This document shows, piece after piece, positions 47,001 through 55,569 of a stretch of DNA of 64,000 nt (within the stretch, counting starts at the first letter, position 1; every line of letters begins with the position of its first letter). The notes beneath the pieces were generated by a model. It worked only from the letters and a program-made list of their open reading frames with translations. It searched no databases and had not been told where the DNA came from. Position numbers and translations under genes: made by a program. The stretch is from the IMG/VR virus record IMGVR_UViG_3300043427_003402. One strand, 5' to 3'. The DNA comes from a virus.

Positions 47001-48293
47001 CGCGGACGCTTGCGCCACTTGCGTGGTGCTCATGCCTGCGCTCATGGCAGAGGTGGCGAAAGTCTGGAACAGATTAGCCAAACGAGCGGGGTCCGTGCCT
47101 GCCGCAACACCGAACTGGTTAAATGCCAAGTCTATCGCCTGCAGCTGCTCGCGAGACTTGATGCCCAACGAAAAAAGTGTCTTTACCGACTTACTCATAT
47201 TTTCAAGCGTCTTCAGCGCTTGGTCTTTTGAGCCCACCATCTGAAACATGCCGGTGTCGCCAGCCATGTTAATCAGCGTGCGATAGTCGCCGGCGGTGAA
47301 AAAGTTGTCGTTGGCCACCTGCTTTTCCAAGTCGCGCTGTAGCCTTAAGGTGTCGCGGTAGTTTAAGGTGCCGCCGAGCCCCGTGCCTCGTACGTACGGC
47401 GCCATATAGTCGCGCAGGTCTTGGGCGCCCTCTAAGTACGGGCGGTTACGGTTTGCTGCAAAATTGACGCCTGCGCCGATCGCTGCTGACGCCAGTAACC
47501 CGCTCCCTAAACCTGCGCCGATCGTGGCTATCCGGCCGAAGCCGAGGCCCGCGGCCGCCTTTTCGGCGAGAAACCCGCCGGCGAGGCCCGCAGCTGTCTC
47601 TGCACCAAAGCTAGCGATACCTGCGCCCGTCTCGTAAATGTTTTCAGCAAAATACTGGTTGTACCGCGACGCCATACGGTACATAGGGTCTTCGAGGTTA
47701 TCGTTCGTAAACCCGAGGCCGGTTCCCCCAAAAAGCCCGCGACGCACTACGCTTGAGACGCCGTGAAAACCTAAATTGAAAATTGACCCCTCACCCGTAC
47801 CAAAAAACAAACGAGACCGCGCCGGCTCGTTGGGTTGGCCTGGGCCGCCGAACTGCTGAAGGCTGCCTGTCGGAAGTTGATAAGACGCGGGTGCGGGCGT
47901 CAAAAACGGGTTAATCGTCGGCGTGCCGGCGGGCGTCGTCATCGAGGGGCCGAAGCCGCTACTGGGGCCCATTGCCATCACCTGGCGCTGGTACATGTCT
48001 TGCGCGATCATGTTCTGCGATGAAAACGGCATCGTCGAGCCGGCGTACATCGCCGCCTGCATGGCGTTCATCTGCGCCATGGGGTTGCCCATCATGCCCG
48101 CTTGCGCACCGGCTGCCCCGAACGCGCCCGCCTGCATTTGCGCGATCTGACCCAGTACGTTGCTACTCATGGCGGTGACTGATTGCGCAGACTGCTGTGC
48201 ACGCTGCTCAATCTCGTTGATCGCTTGGTACACATCCGAGCGATCAACGTTCACCTTATAATTCAACTGTTGTTGAAAATCGTCGTCTGCCAC
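44004..48293 (-). CDS. Tail tape measure protein
   Basis: 1429 aa, Ala/Gly/Gln-rich and helical, with glycine-zipper hydrophobic blocks (GGIGGTFMAGPLGTAIGAGVG); followed by baseplate genes. Confidence 0.75.
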   Translation of the reverse strand: MADDDFQQQLNYKVNVDRSDVYQAINEIEQRAQQSAQSVTAMSSNVLGQIAQMQAGAFGAAGAQAGMMGNPMAQMNAMQAAMYAGSTMPFSSQNMIAQDMYQRQVMAMGPSSGFGPSMTTPAGTPTINPFLTPAPASYQLPTGSLQQFGGPGQPNEPARSRLFFGTGEGSIFNLGFHGVSSVVRRGLFGGTGLGFTNDNLEDPMYRMASRYNQYFAENIYETGAGIASFGAETAAGLAGGFLAEKAAAGLGFGRIATIGAGLGSGLLASAAIGAGVNFAANRNRPYLEGAQDLRDYMAPYVRGTGLGGTLNYRDTLRLQRDLEKQVANDNFFTAGDYRTLINMAGDTGMFQMVGSKDQALKTLENMSKSVKTLFSLGIKSREQLQAIDLAFNQFGVAAGTDPARLANLFQTFATSAMSAGMSTTQVAQASAPIAQAAMAQGIGSGGILGAQNLAVSGAMFRQGSLNDFDNAYFGGTQGFANTLSSAQLSMLRSPIGQAMLGGMFAPGSNVLSSVLNQRGVSPLQAMMGVGGFAGDPLMYAGLMARMPQLTKNLGPELQYQSMQMGISAYRQLGLQLDEDGKINPTRLIALLTTKFNLPQNEALAMVETLQNAPKTAQDIRQSAGAQLSMQAMEGLRHMSISRVVEKFLERKIDEPITRFTTGARESAIDMADGGARLIGRLLTGRDVQDAQELITGVRQYRISATDRSLLDPGGRAQKSAEARDYAAELGVSFELEPPEDTRKLAPEVSTALSDPTSRAQIVAALRRTGLTGVTTDNVEDILSAGTRYNADDVVTAAQNSRAFAQVRQQAQGQPGLSGATRDAVERAALDLYKNRQSRLRDVLSGFRELNDGASGDMAQALRGRVRDSVGAIKAAAQRDQANRGDAVSSLEATGRAIVATMPEVFERKSYDEVVSDSRLANTLGKYVQAYSAETGDKSAQQVLDAAGDNGEASTNEQLTKYLGSLKEEGGRAAYGKNIGIFGGTAVGTFAGLAGQNIARTMIGGGVRMVAGLAGRMLGTTLGGIGGTFMAGPLGTAIGAGVGLAAGAAAGAAVGNFLGSGVDSMFSQPNESFSAVVDDDKGKAGGRLTAGINEALLRMIEEGGNHMSYDDLVARAKDATGFDDAATERMLSEAGLYRGSFAQDRDALREQMGKVSANASGGNGKGGDAKALALMNDARKDPRAFLKVMYNARRSINNYLNASGYRLDEAQQSNLEVLRGKGVDVTALRRQLEGTDIEGLKRAADTLISTETGSKQNAISVRQLLDRVNQDPTEEDAQTAADLGLASYGAKGVTSANRKQMLAAQLVHGAFGGPSLEKATAAVGAAQSTQQLAGVQESIKKQTEVANSLAELSKQLGQDNDFIKTALKGVVGKSSDSANDETLHGFAKRFGDAVDKFANTQSTAPARPGTGAKQPLPAGNVPTPPAGGKP

Positions 48294-48422
48294 GGAGTTA
48301 GCGCCGCCCTCGTAAACCTACCGCTTCTTAAGTTATACCCTTTCACCGGCGCCATGCGGTAGCGCGGTTAAAGTGAAGCCGAGGTGCGGGGCGGCTGCGC
48401 GACTGCTAGAAAGGAAGTGCCT

Positions 48423-48479
48423 GTGACCCTGATCTACCTGATTCCGGTGTTCTATCTTTTGCTTGTGTTACAACGCTAA
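48423..48479 (+). CDS. Candidate 18-aa hydrophobic peptide MTLIYLIPVFYLLLVLQR
   Basis: SD-like AAAGGAAG at 48410-48417, GTG start, TAA stop, then a hairpin. Confidence 0.35.
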   Translation: MTLIYLIPVFYLLLVLQR

Positions 48480-48480
48480 C

Positions 48481-48520
48481 AAAAAAGTCGCGCGGCATCA
48501 CGTAACGTGGTACCGCGCGA
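48481..48520 (-). terminator. Rho-independent terminator ending the Ig-anchor array
   Basis: TCGCGCGG...CCGCGCGA stem with an adjacent T6 tract on the minus strand. Confidence 0.7.
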
Positions 48521-48582
48521 AATGCGCTTTAGTTTTAATTTTGAGCCCGCCGCGCATTCACCGCGCTGAGCTAACACCTGTT

Positions 48583-49350
48583 TTATTCGTAGAACTCTAG
48601 TTCAAAAACACGGAATCGGTCAATCGTTGGTGCCCCTTGGATGCCATAGTAAGTACCGGGAATAGGCGTTGCATTAGCTGGACGCACGGCAAAATAGGTT
48701 GCAGCTGCATATGCGTCAACCTCCCATTCGAGCCAGTTGAATGCAGTATTTTCAGGATTGGCATACAATCCGACCGTGACAGTATCGACGACTGTCCAGT
48801 TGACGCCATCGCTTGACTTGATAAACTCCAAGTTAAGCGGAACTGTAGCAAACAGCCCACGCACCTTCCTGACCTGCTTCTGGCTAGCGTACTGTTGACC
48901 GACATAGCTTTGCGTAATGTCTCCGAAGGTAGTGAATGACTGCCAGTAACTACCTTCGGCAGAATCAAACGCATTTTCAACGCCTTGGCCATTGTAGCCG
49001 ATAGTTCCAATGGCCGTCTGGGAAGTAATCAGCGTGTAAGACGGCGGTGCAGATACAGCGGCAAACTCAACTGCCAACTCTTTCGTGCCAGAATCCAAAT
49101 CCGCTTGGACTGCAAAATCGGCGGCACTTAATACTTGAACAACAATTGATCTCAATAAATTACCAGAAGCATCCTTAACCTGAACAATCGCCGTACCAAC
49201 TGCTAATGCTTCAACAACACCAGCAGAAGTAACTGAGATTGTGTCTTGTTGATCAACAGGTACTGAGTAAGTGACTGAGGTATCAACCGCGCCGCCATCA
49301 AATGCGGCATTAATATCTAATTCTGAACCAAGTTCTAGTTTTAGTTTCAT
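48583..49350 (-). CDS. Ig-like (Big_2-type) anchor + F5/8C (discoidin-like) domain
   Basis: Shared N-terminal module; ENAFD...YWQS...SSDGVNWT...ELEFY. Confidence 0.75.
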   Translation of the reverse strand: MKLKLELGSELDINAAFDGGAVDTSVTYSVPVDQQDTISVTSAGVVEALAVGTAIVQVKDASGNLLRSIVVQVLSAADFAVQADLDSGTKELAVEFAAVSAPPSYTLITSQTAIGTIGYNGQGVENAFDSAEGSYWQSFTTFGDITQSYVGQQYASQKQVRKVRGLFATVPLNLEFIKSSDGVNWTVVDTVTVGLYANPENTAFNWLEWEVDAYAAATYFAVRPANATPIPGTYYGIQGAPTIDRFRVFELEFYE

Positions 49351-49363
49351 TATTTTCTCCTAC

Positions 49364-49395
49364 AAAATGCGCCCCAGCCGAAACTAAGGCGCATT
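49364..49395 (-). terminator. Probable terminator/hairpin
   Basis: AATGCGCC...GGCGCATT with a short T tract. Confidence 0.5.
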
Positions 49396-49407
49396 GATTA
49401 ATGCTAT

Positions 49408-50184
49408 TTATTCAAACATTTCGATTTCATAGACGCGGAATCGGTCAATGACGCCGCCATTTGCAGCCCAATAAGTACCAGGGAGTGCGTTATAGGTATT
49501 CGGACGCAGAACTAGCTGAGTGCTAGGCGTGTATGGAGGGAGAATAATCTCCTGCCATACCCATTGACCCGCTGGGGCGTTCTCAGTATAGACCGGCGTA
49601 AAGTCGTAAATACTAGGCTGCTCCCAACCTTCAGTACGCACGCTAACGCTATCCGGTGCTGTCACCCACTGAATGCGCAACTTTTTGACCATCTTTGGTG
49701 AGTCAAAATTCAAGCCAACAAATGCAAGCGTAGTTGACCCAAATGTGGCTTGAGACACGTACAGTGTTGGCGTTGCGCTATTGCCGTCGAAACCATCAAA
49801 CGCTTTATCTGGCCCCTCTAAATACATGCCAGATGTGCCATGGGGGGTTCCGTTACTAATAAGAGTATAAGCTGGCGCAGCCACCACTTCAGCAGTCTCC
49901 ACGCTCAAGTCTGTTACACCAGCATCCAAATCTGACTGAACCGCAAAATCGGCGGCGCTCAAAACCTGAAACACGACTGCTCGAAGCAAATCACCCGAGG
50001 CAGCATCTTTGATTTCAACCGTGCCTGTACCCACGGCAACCGCTGTGACAACGCCATTGGCGTCAACGGTAATAATGTCCTGCTGATCGGCAGGCACCGA
50101 ATACGTTACTGACGTATCAACTGCTCCGCCGTCAAATGCAGCGTTGATGTCTGCCTGTGATCCAACTTGAAGTTTCTTTTTCAT
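49408..50184 (-). CDS. Ig-like anchor + F5/8C-like domain
   Basis: Anchor closely similar to 48583..49350; DKAFDG...IDRFRVYEIEMFE. Confidence 0.75.
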   Translation of the reverse strand: MKKKLQVGSQADINAAFDGGAVDTSVTYSVPADQQDIITVDANGVVTAVAVGTGTVEIKDAASGDLLRAVVFQVLSAADFAVQSDLDAGVTDLSVETAEVVAAPAYTLISNGTPHGTSGMYLEGPDKAFDGFDGNSATPTLYVSQATFGSTTLAFVGLNFDSPKMVKKLRIQWVTAPDSVSVRTEGWEQPSIYDFTPVYTENAPAGQWVWQEIILPPYTPSTQLVLRPNTYNALPGTYWAANGGVIDRFRVYEIEMFE

Positions 50185-50195
50185 AATTCAATCCT

Positions 50196-52502
50196 TTACT
50201 CAAACGAACCGTAGCCGTAAGCCTGCAAAGACATCTCGCCAAGCGTAGTAGTGACTCCTGCATACGCACCCAGGGCTGTCACGTAAATTCGGTAGTACGC
50301 ATAATTAGCCGGTTGAGCCAGTATATAAGTACGCAAGTGGGCGCGGCCGCCAACAATTCGGGATTCGCCCGTTCTGGTATCAAGCGCGGTCCAATTTATG
50401 CCGTCACTTGACCCCTGAAATTGCCAGTCTGTCCAGTGCGTGCTGCCATCAGTGGTGCCGTAAAGCGTATAAGCCTCAATCGTAGTTGTAGACTCAAACT
50501 GATAACCAAGCCACTGAGGCGATCCCGCGCCCGAGCGCCAGGCTGTTGCGTCGTTAAAAGTCCCATCAAAAGCAACGTAGGCGTCGTGAGTAGCGCTGGA
50601 GATAGAGCTGGCTGAAGCAACCCCGCTTGAGACTGAAGCAAACTGCGCGTAAGGCCCTTTTTGCGTGTTAGAAACCATATACGGATTGACTCTCACCAAA
50701 GTGGGAGGCGTTACAAAAGCAAGGACCTCAGAGGCTGTTTCACCTGTTGTATTGTCTGAAACGTAAACGACGTAATTCCCGCTTGTGTAATTGCTGGGCA
50801 GCGTAAGCGTGTTGGTGAACGGTCCCGTACTGGCAACCGTCACGTTGTTAATTACATCCAAGACGGTGTTTGAATATTGTGGCCGGATTCCAATTTGATA
50901 GGTGCGGCCCGCAATCACTGCGCCAATTCCCCAATTAACGTCAATTGAATATGAGCGAAATTGCTGGCTAACGCTTGAAACTTGCGGAAAACTGTCCGGC
51001 TGGGGCACGCTAATTGACCGCGTTGTCTGGCTTTCAAACCCATCTGCATTGGCGGATTTAAAAGTCACAACATAAGTCTTGCCGTCTTTGGCGTGCGGCA
51101 AAACGAGCGTGCTATCAACGTCGCTCATTACGTCTTGGTTATTCAACAAAATTGTGCTGCCGTCGCTGGTTCTAATATCCAGTGTTTTACTCGCCACCGC
51201 AGTCTCAAGGTCACTTGCAGACCACGAAATTGTAAACTGATTGGCTTGCCACTCAGCAGACAAAGAAATGGTGGGCGCTGTGATGTCGTGCTTGACGTAA
51301 GAAACTGACGCGTAGCCCAATTTTTCAGAATTGAGGTCGTATGCAAAAATCTCATAAACACCGGTTGGTACCGATTCTGGCACAATTAACGTATAACTAA
51401 GCGGCCCAACCGTGGTCTGCGCCTCTGGCAGCGTAAAGCCTGGTGAGTAGCCCAACACGGTGGCAAGCGTGTAAGACGGTGCGCCATTTGGGTGGCGTAT
51501 GCCGACTTGATAAGAATCGTATTTGGCCCAAACTGAGTTTGTCCATGAAATCGTAATTGTGTTATTGCCGTTATCCACACCCGAAACCAGTGTAGGTTGA
51601 TTGGGTATAGGTGGCACAACCGCCGTGGCGGTAACCGTTTTGCTGAGACCGTCGCCATTGATGACAGTCAGCGTAGCGGTGTAGGTCGTGTCGTTTGGCT
51701 CAATGTAAGCCGTCATGGTACTGTCGGCGTCAGCCGTGACGCTCTGGTTGTTAATCAGCACGCTGGCGCCGTCCTGAGAGCGCAGGTCCAGGGTCTTGCT
51801 GGTAATTCCGGTCTCAGGATCGCTGGCAGACCAACTTACCGTAATCAAATTTGTGTACGGGGACCAGTTGGCGGAAACAACGGCAATCGGGTCGCTAAAG
51901 TCTTCCGTGTTGATCGTGACCAAAGCTGAGCCAATCGTCATATTTACAAGGTCTTGAACGTAAACCTCGTAAGCCCCGTCTGCAACGGCAGACAGCAGCT
52001 GAACCGTGTGCGGCCCAATACCTGAAAAAGTGCTGTTTTGGTGCTCAAATCGTCCGGACCCGGAAGTTGAGCTCGCGGCCGAGCCGACGGCACGAATACC
52101 AACCTGAAACGCCCTAGCCGTAACTGCCATCGTGTTAGAAAAGGTAACGCTGACGTAGTTATTGCCCGCGTCCGCGCCTGACACGTCAACCGGTGAGTTG
52201 ATGTCAATAATCTCAACCTGCAGTTCAGTTTCACCCGCGCCTAAGTCTTCCTGCGCCGCAAAGTCTTCAGCGCTCAAGACTTGGATTACAATGGCCCGCA
52301 ACAGGTCGCCGGTCACAGCGTCGTTAATTTCAACTGTGGCAGTACCGATCGCCAAGGCGGTTACAACACCGGCGGTATCGACCTCAATAACATCCTGCTG
52401 ATTCCCCGGCGGCACCAAGTAAGTGACTGACGTATCAGCCGCGCCGCCGTCAAAGGCGGCGTTGATGTCTAGCTGAGACCCAACTTCAATTTTCTTTTTC
52501 AT
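50196..52502 (-). CDS. Ig-like anchor + repeated Ig/FN3 domains + F5/8C domain
   Basis: Internal repeats WSASD.ET...SKTLD.R..DG and YQVGIR; C-terminal AFDG...WLGYQF...WQFQGSSDGINWT.LD..YYRIY. Confidence 0.75.
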   Translation of the reverse strand: MKKKIEVGSQLDINAAFDGGAADTSVTYLVPPGNQQDVIEVDTAGVVTALAIGTATVEINDAVTGDLLRAIVIQVLSAEDFAAQEDLGAGETELQVEIIDINSPVDVSGADAGNNYVSVTFSNTMAVTARAFQVGIRAVGSAASSTSGSGRFEHQNSTFSGIGPHTVQLLSAVADGAYEVYVQDLVNMTIGSALVTINTEDFSDPIAVVSANWSPYTNLITVSWSASDPETGITSKTLDLRSQDGASVLINNQSVTADADSTMTAYIEPNDTTYTATLTVINGDGLSKTVTATAVVPPIPNQPTLVSGVDNGNNTITISWTNSVWAKYDSYQVGIRHPNGAPSYTLATVLGYSPGFTLPEAQTTVGPLSYTLIVPESVPTGVYEIFAYDLNSEKLGYASVSYVKHDITAPTISLSAEWQANQFTISWSASDLETAVASKTLDIRTSDGSTILLNNQDVMSDVDSTLVLPHAKDGKTYVVTFKSANADGFESQTTRSISVPQPDSFPQVSSVSQQFRSYSIDVNWGIGAVIAGRTYQIGIRPQYSNTVLDVINNVTVASTGPFTNTLTLPSNYTSGNYVVYVSDNTTGETASEVLAFVTPPTLVRVNPYMVSNTQKGPYAQFASVSSGVASASSISSATHDAYVAFDGTFNDATAWRSGAGSPQWLGYQFESTTTIEAYTLYGTTDGSTHWTDWQFQGSSDGINWTALDTRTGESRIVGGRAHLRTYILAQPANYAYYRIYVTALGAYAGVTTTLGEMSLQAYGYGSFE

Positions 52503-52547
52503 TGTTAACCTCTAAGCTTTTGGTAGCTACAAGACCTAGGCTAAAAT

Positions 52548-53507
52548 CTAAGCGCCGTAGATTTTGATGTTGTGCACCGTAATGTAGCCTTTATCCATGA
52601 GTTCAGTACCGCCTACGGTAAGCGGATAAAAATTGATATTAACTCTAATTTTTCTAAATTCCTCGTTTTGTAGCTCAAAGTTTAAGCTAGGAGTCATACT
52701 CTGCAGACTCGTGGTTGCACCGAAGTCAACGTCTAACGGAGAACCTAGCTGCACCCAGCTCCCACCGTAGTCCGGGCCGTCTGCGGTCTGTATCATTCCG
52801 GCATACATACCCTCTACTACAACCCGGACTAAACCGTGTCCAGTAGCCTCTACCACAAGTGCTGTTATGTTTTTAGCTACAGGAAGCGCGATGCCAACCA
52901 TAAAACTATCTACAATAATTTCAGATTGCGCACCGTAACCGTCGCCGTAGTAGCCGCCGTGACTCAACGCATAAATACCGCCGCTTTGGGTGTTTGCGTC
53001 AAACGCCTCGTACGCCTCACCCGTGCTTGTTTCAACATTCCAGTAACGGTTGCCGTACAAGTAAGCGTCACTAGCGTTCATAGAGGTCATAAGCCACGCG
53101 CTGTAGCCATTTGAGTTATTGCTTGTCATGTTGGGCAAAATTAACTCGCCTGCCCCTACGCCGCCGCCACTGTTATCGTTACCGCTGCTAAGCGTAACAA
53201 AGGAAGCAAGAAACTCGGTGCCGGGGCCGCCTGCAAGTCCAGAGTCAAGTGAAACTTGAATCTCGTGAGCAGCCTCTGCGAGCACCTGGATGACGACTGC
53301 GCGAAGCAGTCTGCCCGTGATGGCGTCTTTAACTTCAATCGTAGCAGTGCCCTCTTCCAGCGCAGTAATCACGCCAGAAGGGCTAACACTGACCACGTCC
53401 TGCTGCTGGGGTGAAGGCACCACGTAGAGCACGGAGGCGTCTATCCCGCCGCCCTCAAAGTCTGCGTTAAGGTCTATCTGGTCGCCGACCGCCAATTTTT
53501 TCTTCAT
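52548..53507 (-). CDS. Ig-like anchor + divergent beta-sandwich domain
   Basis: Shared anchor; PNMTSN...AYEAFD. Confidence 0.7.
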   Translation of the reverse strand: MKKKLAVGDQIDLNADFEGGGIDASVLYVVPSPQQQDVVSVSPSGVITALEEGTATIEVKDAITGRLLRAVVIQVLAEAAHEIQVSLDSGLAGGPGTEFLASFVTLSSGNDNSGGGVGAGELILPNMTSNNSNGYSAWLMTSMNASDAYLYGNRYWNVETSTGEAYEAFDANTQSGGIYALSHGGYYGDGYGAQSEIIVDSFMVGIALPVAKNITALVVEATGHGLVRVVVEGMYAGMIQTADGPDYGGSWVQLGSPLDVDFGATTSLQSMTPSLNFELQNEEFRKIRVNINFYPLTVGGTELMDKGYITVHNIKIYGA

Positions 53508-53540
53508 GGTACAGCCTTTCTTTGTGCTAACTTCAACAGT

Positions 53541-53547
53541 AATTATC
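53541..53547 (-). promoter_or_regulatory. GATAATT putative phage promoter element
   Basis: Intergenic, 34 nt upstream of ATG 53507, downstream of a terminator. Confidence 0.55.
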
Positions 53548-53643
53548 TTCGCTTACAGTATAGCACTTGCAGGTAGGCATATCGGCGCGTGTGCGAACGC
53601 TTTTACGAAGGTTAATTTGACAAGCTATAAGCCGGCACCTGCC

Positions 53644-53677
53644 AAAAAACAACGACCCCAGCCGAAGCTGGGGTCGT
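53644..53677 (-). terminator. Rho-independent terminator
   Basis: ACGACCCCAGC-TTCG-GCTGGGGTCGT followed by TGTTTTTT. Confidence 0.88.
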
Positions 53678-53711
53678 CAGTCAGACTACCATTAGGAACT
53701 TTAGCTTACCC

Positions 53712-54044
53712 TTAGAATACCTGAGGTGGCTCCTCTTCTTCTTCCTCCTCAAGCCCGTCAATCGTAATGTCGAGCAAGCCTCGGGCTTCCATTTCAACTG
53801 CTTCCAGTTCTTCGTCTGTCAAAACTTTAACAATAACCGTTGCAATGGGAGCGTCGTTGGCAGTCTCGGTTACATACACCACCGCAGTGCCATGATCAAG
53901 TGCCGTTACTACGCCTGCGGCATCAACTGAAATAATGGCTTGTTGTGCTTCAGATACCGAATACGTAAGCCCGGCGTCTTCCTCATTTTCACCAAGTTGA
54001 AAGTTTAAGTCGAGCGTGTCGCCCACACTAAGTTTATACTGCAT
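53712..54044 (-). CDS. Stand-alone Ig-like anchor with acidic tail
   Basis: 110 aa, anchor module only, ends EEEEEEEPPQVF. Confidence 0.72.
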   Translation of the reverse strand: MQYKLSVGDTLDLNFQLGENEEDAGLTYSVSEAQQAIISVDAAGVVTALDHGTAVVYVTETANDAPIATVIVKVLTDEELEAVEMEARGLLDITIDGLEEEEEEEPPQVF

Positions 54045-54055
54045 TTGTTTGCCTC

Positions 54056-55456
54056 CTACAGTCCGCTAACTAGGGTATCGTCAAAACCTGAGATTTGCAA
54101 AAATGCAATCTCCATGTTCTGGACGCTAGACACGATTCTAAACGCCCCGTATTTTGTAGATTTTTCAATAGGGAATGTCATAAGCGTATTTACTTGCCAG
54201 GACGAATTGCCGCCCGCATAAATACTTTCCCAAGTACCAGACGAAGTAAACCCTTGTAGCGTGAAATACTTAGGAATTGCAGCGGCGGTAGAGCCAGACT
54301 TTATGCTAATTACTTTTGCCACCATTTGTTTATTTAAACCGAGCGGCGGCATAAAAGTTAAAGAACTTTTCCAGCTGTTAGGGAGGGCTTGGTTAAAAGC
54401 GTTAGCTGAATCTGCAATAAACGGGAGTGCAGCGTTTGACGCAAACGCCAACCACGGGAAATTGGCACCCAAGTAAGGGCCAGACATAATAAGGCCGCTA
54501 CTTGTGTGTGTAAAAGTACCGGAAGAAGGCTCAGTGACACCAGTCCCGTTTGCGTCAATCTCTGGTGAAAGAACCGTCATCTGGTTTGAAAATACTTCAA
54601 GTTTTGTAATTGCCATCTTGTCCGGGCTATGCAGCCGAATAGCCTTAAACGTCTTTAGCGAGTTTGGACCGCGCGTCAAAAATTCGCGCGTTTCGTTTGG
54701 CTTCCAGACTTTACCGTACGTGCCCAGCGAACCTGCTACCTGAAGGTCAACCCAAGTACCGTCTTTACCGTTAGTGGTGTCGTTTGAGCCCTCAAGATAA
54801 AAGCTGGTAGGCGCCATGTTGGCAATCTCTTGTGATCCCGAACATGTGATCCTAATTTTATAAATCACCTTGGCCGAGCCAAAATCTATACCCACGTAAA
54901 AACGCTTCTTAGGGCTAAAGGTAGCCTTTTCAAAAAACGCGCTGTCAGCAGAACGAAAGTAGTCAGCGTTAGTGTTAAACATTGCGTGCGCGCCGTTAGC
55001 GGCAGCAGTGCCTTCGCCAAACAATTTTACAGACGAGTTTGAAACGGTATAAACTCCTGCTGAGCCCGGCGTACCCGCCAGAGTCAGGTTAGTTGGTGAA
55101 ATCAGTACGGCGCTTCTTGCTAGCTTAGCCACTGAAGTGGCCGCTCCAGTCGTCACTGTCGCTGCTTTTGCGGTTACAGTAGCGGAAGGGGCGACGACAG
55201 GAGCTGTAACTTTAATAATAGCGGTCCCGATAATCAGCGGGTTTGGTCCTGGCGTCGAAATTGTAACTGTTGTAGTCCCAACAGCTTTAGCCGTAACAAC
55301 ACCCGATGCGTTGACTGTAGCTATGCTTGAATTTGCGGTTGTGTAAACAACGCTGGAGTCTTGGGCCGCGTTAGCGTCTGGATACTTATAGTTTAAATCT
55401 TTAGTTTGATTCAAGGTCATGTCGTATGTGACTGACGTAGACTTCTTTTTTGCCAT
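54056..55456 (-). CDS. Big_2 domain + two F5/8C-like domains
   Basis: SSIATVNASGVVTAKAVGTTTVT; PTSFYLEGSND...W; PKYFTLQG...W. Confidence 0.75.
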   Translation of the reverse strand: MAKKKSTSVTYDMTLNQTKDLNYKYPDANAAQDSSVVYTTANSSIATVNASGVVTAKAVGTTTVTISTPGPNPLIIGTAIIKVTAPVVAPSATVTAKAATVTTGAATSVAKLARSAVLISPTNLTLAGTPGSAGVYTVSNSSVKLFGEGTAAANGAHAMFNTNADYFRSADSAFFEKATFSPKKRFYVGIDFGSAKVIYKIRITCSGSQEIANMAPTSFYLEGSNDTTNGKDGTWVDLQVAGSLGTYGKVWKPNETREFLTRGPNSLKTFKAIRLHSPDKMAITKLEVFSNQMTVLSPEIDANGTGVTEPSSGTFTHTSSGLIMSGPYLGANFPWLAFASNAALPFIADSANAFNQALPNSWKSSLTFMPPLGLNKQMVAKVISIKSGSTAAAIPKYFTLQGFTSSGTWESIYAGGNSSWQVNTLMTFPIEKSTKYGAFRIVSSVQNMEIAFLQISGFDDTLVSGL

Positions 55457-55569
55457 TTTTTACTCCTTAGTAAGGTAGTGGGGCTCGCCATTTTATTGCC
55501 ATGATGAAGTTTAACAATGGCGGCCCCTGTGGAGCACAAACCTTTCGGCTTAGCCGAAGGAACCTAGTT

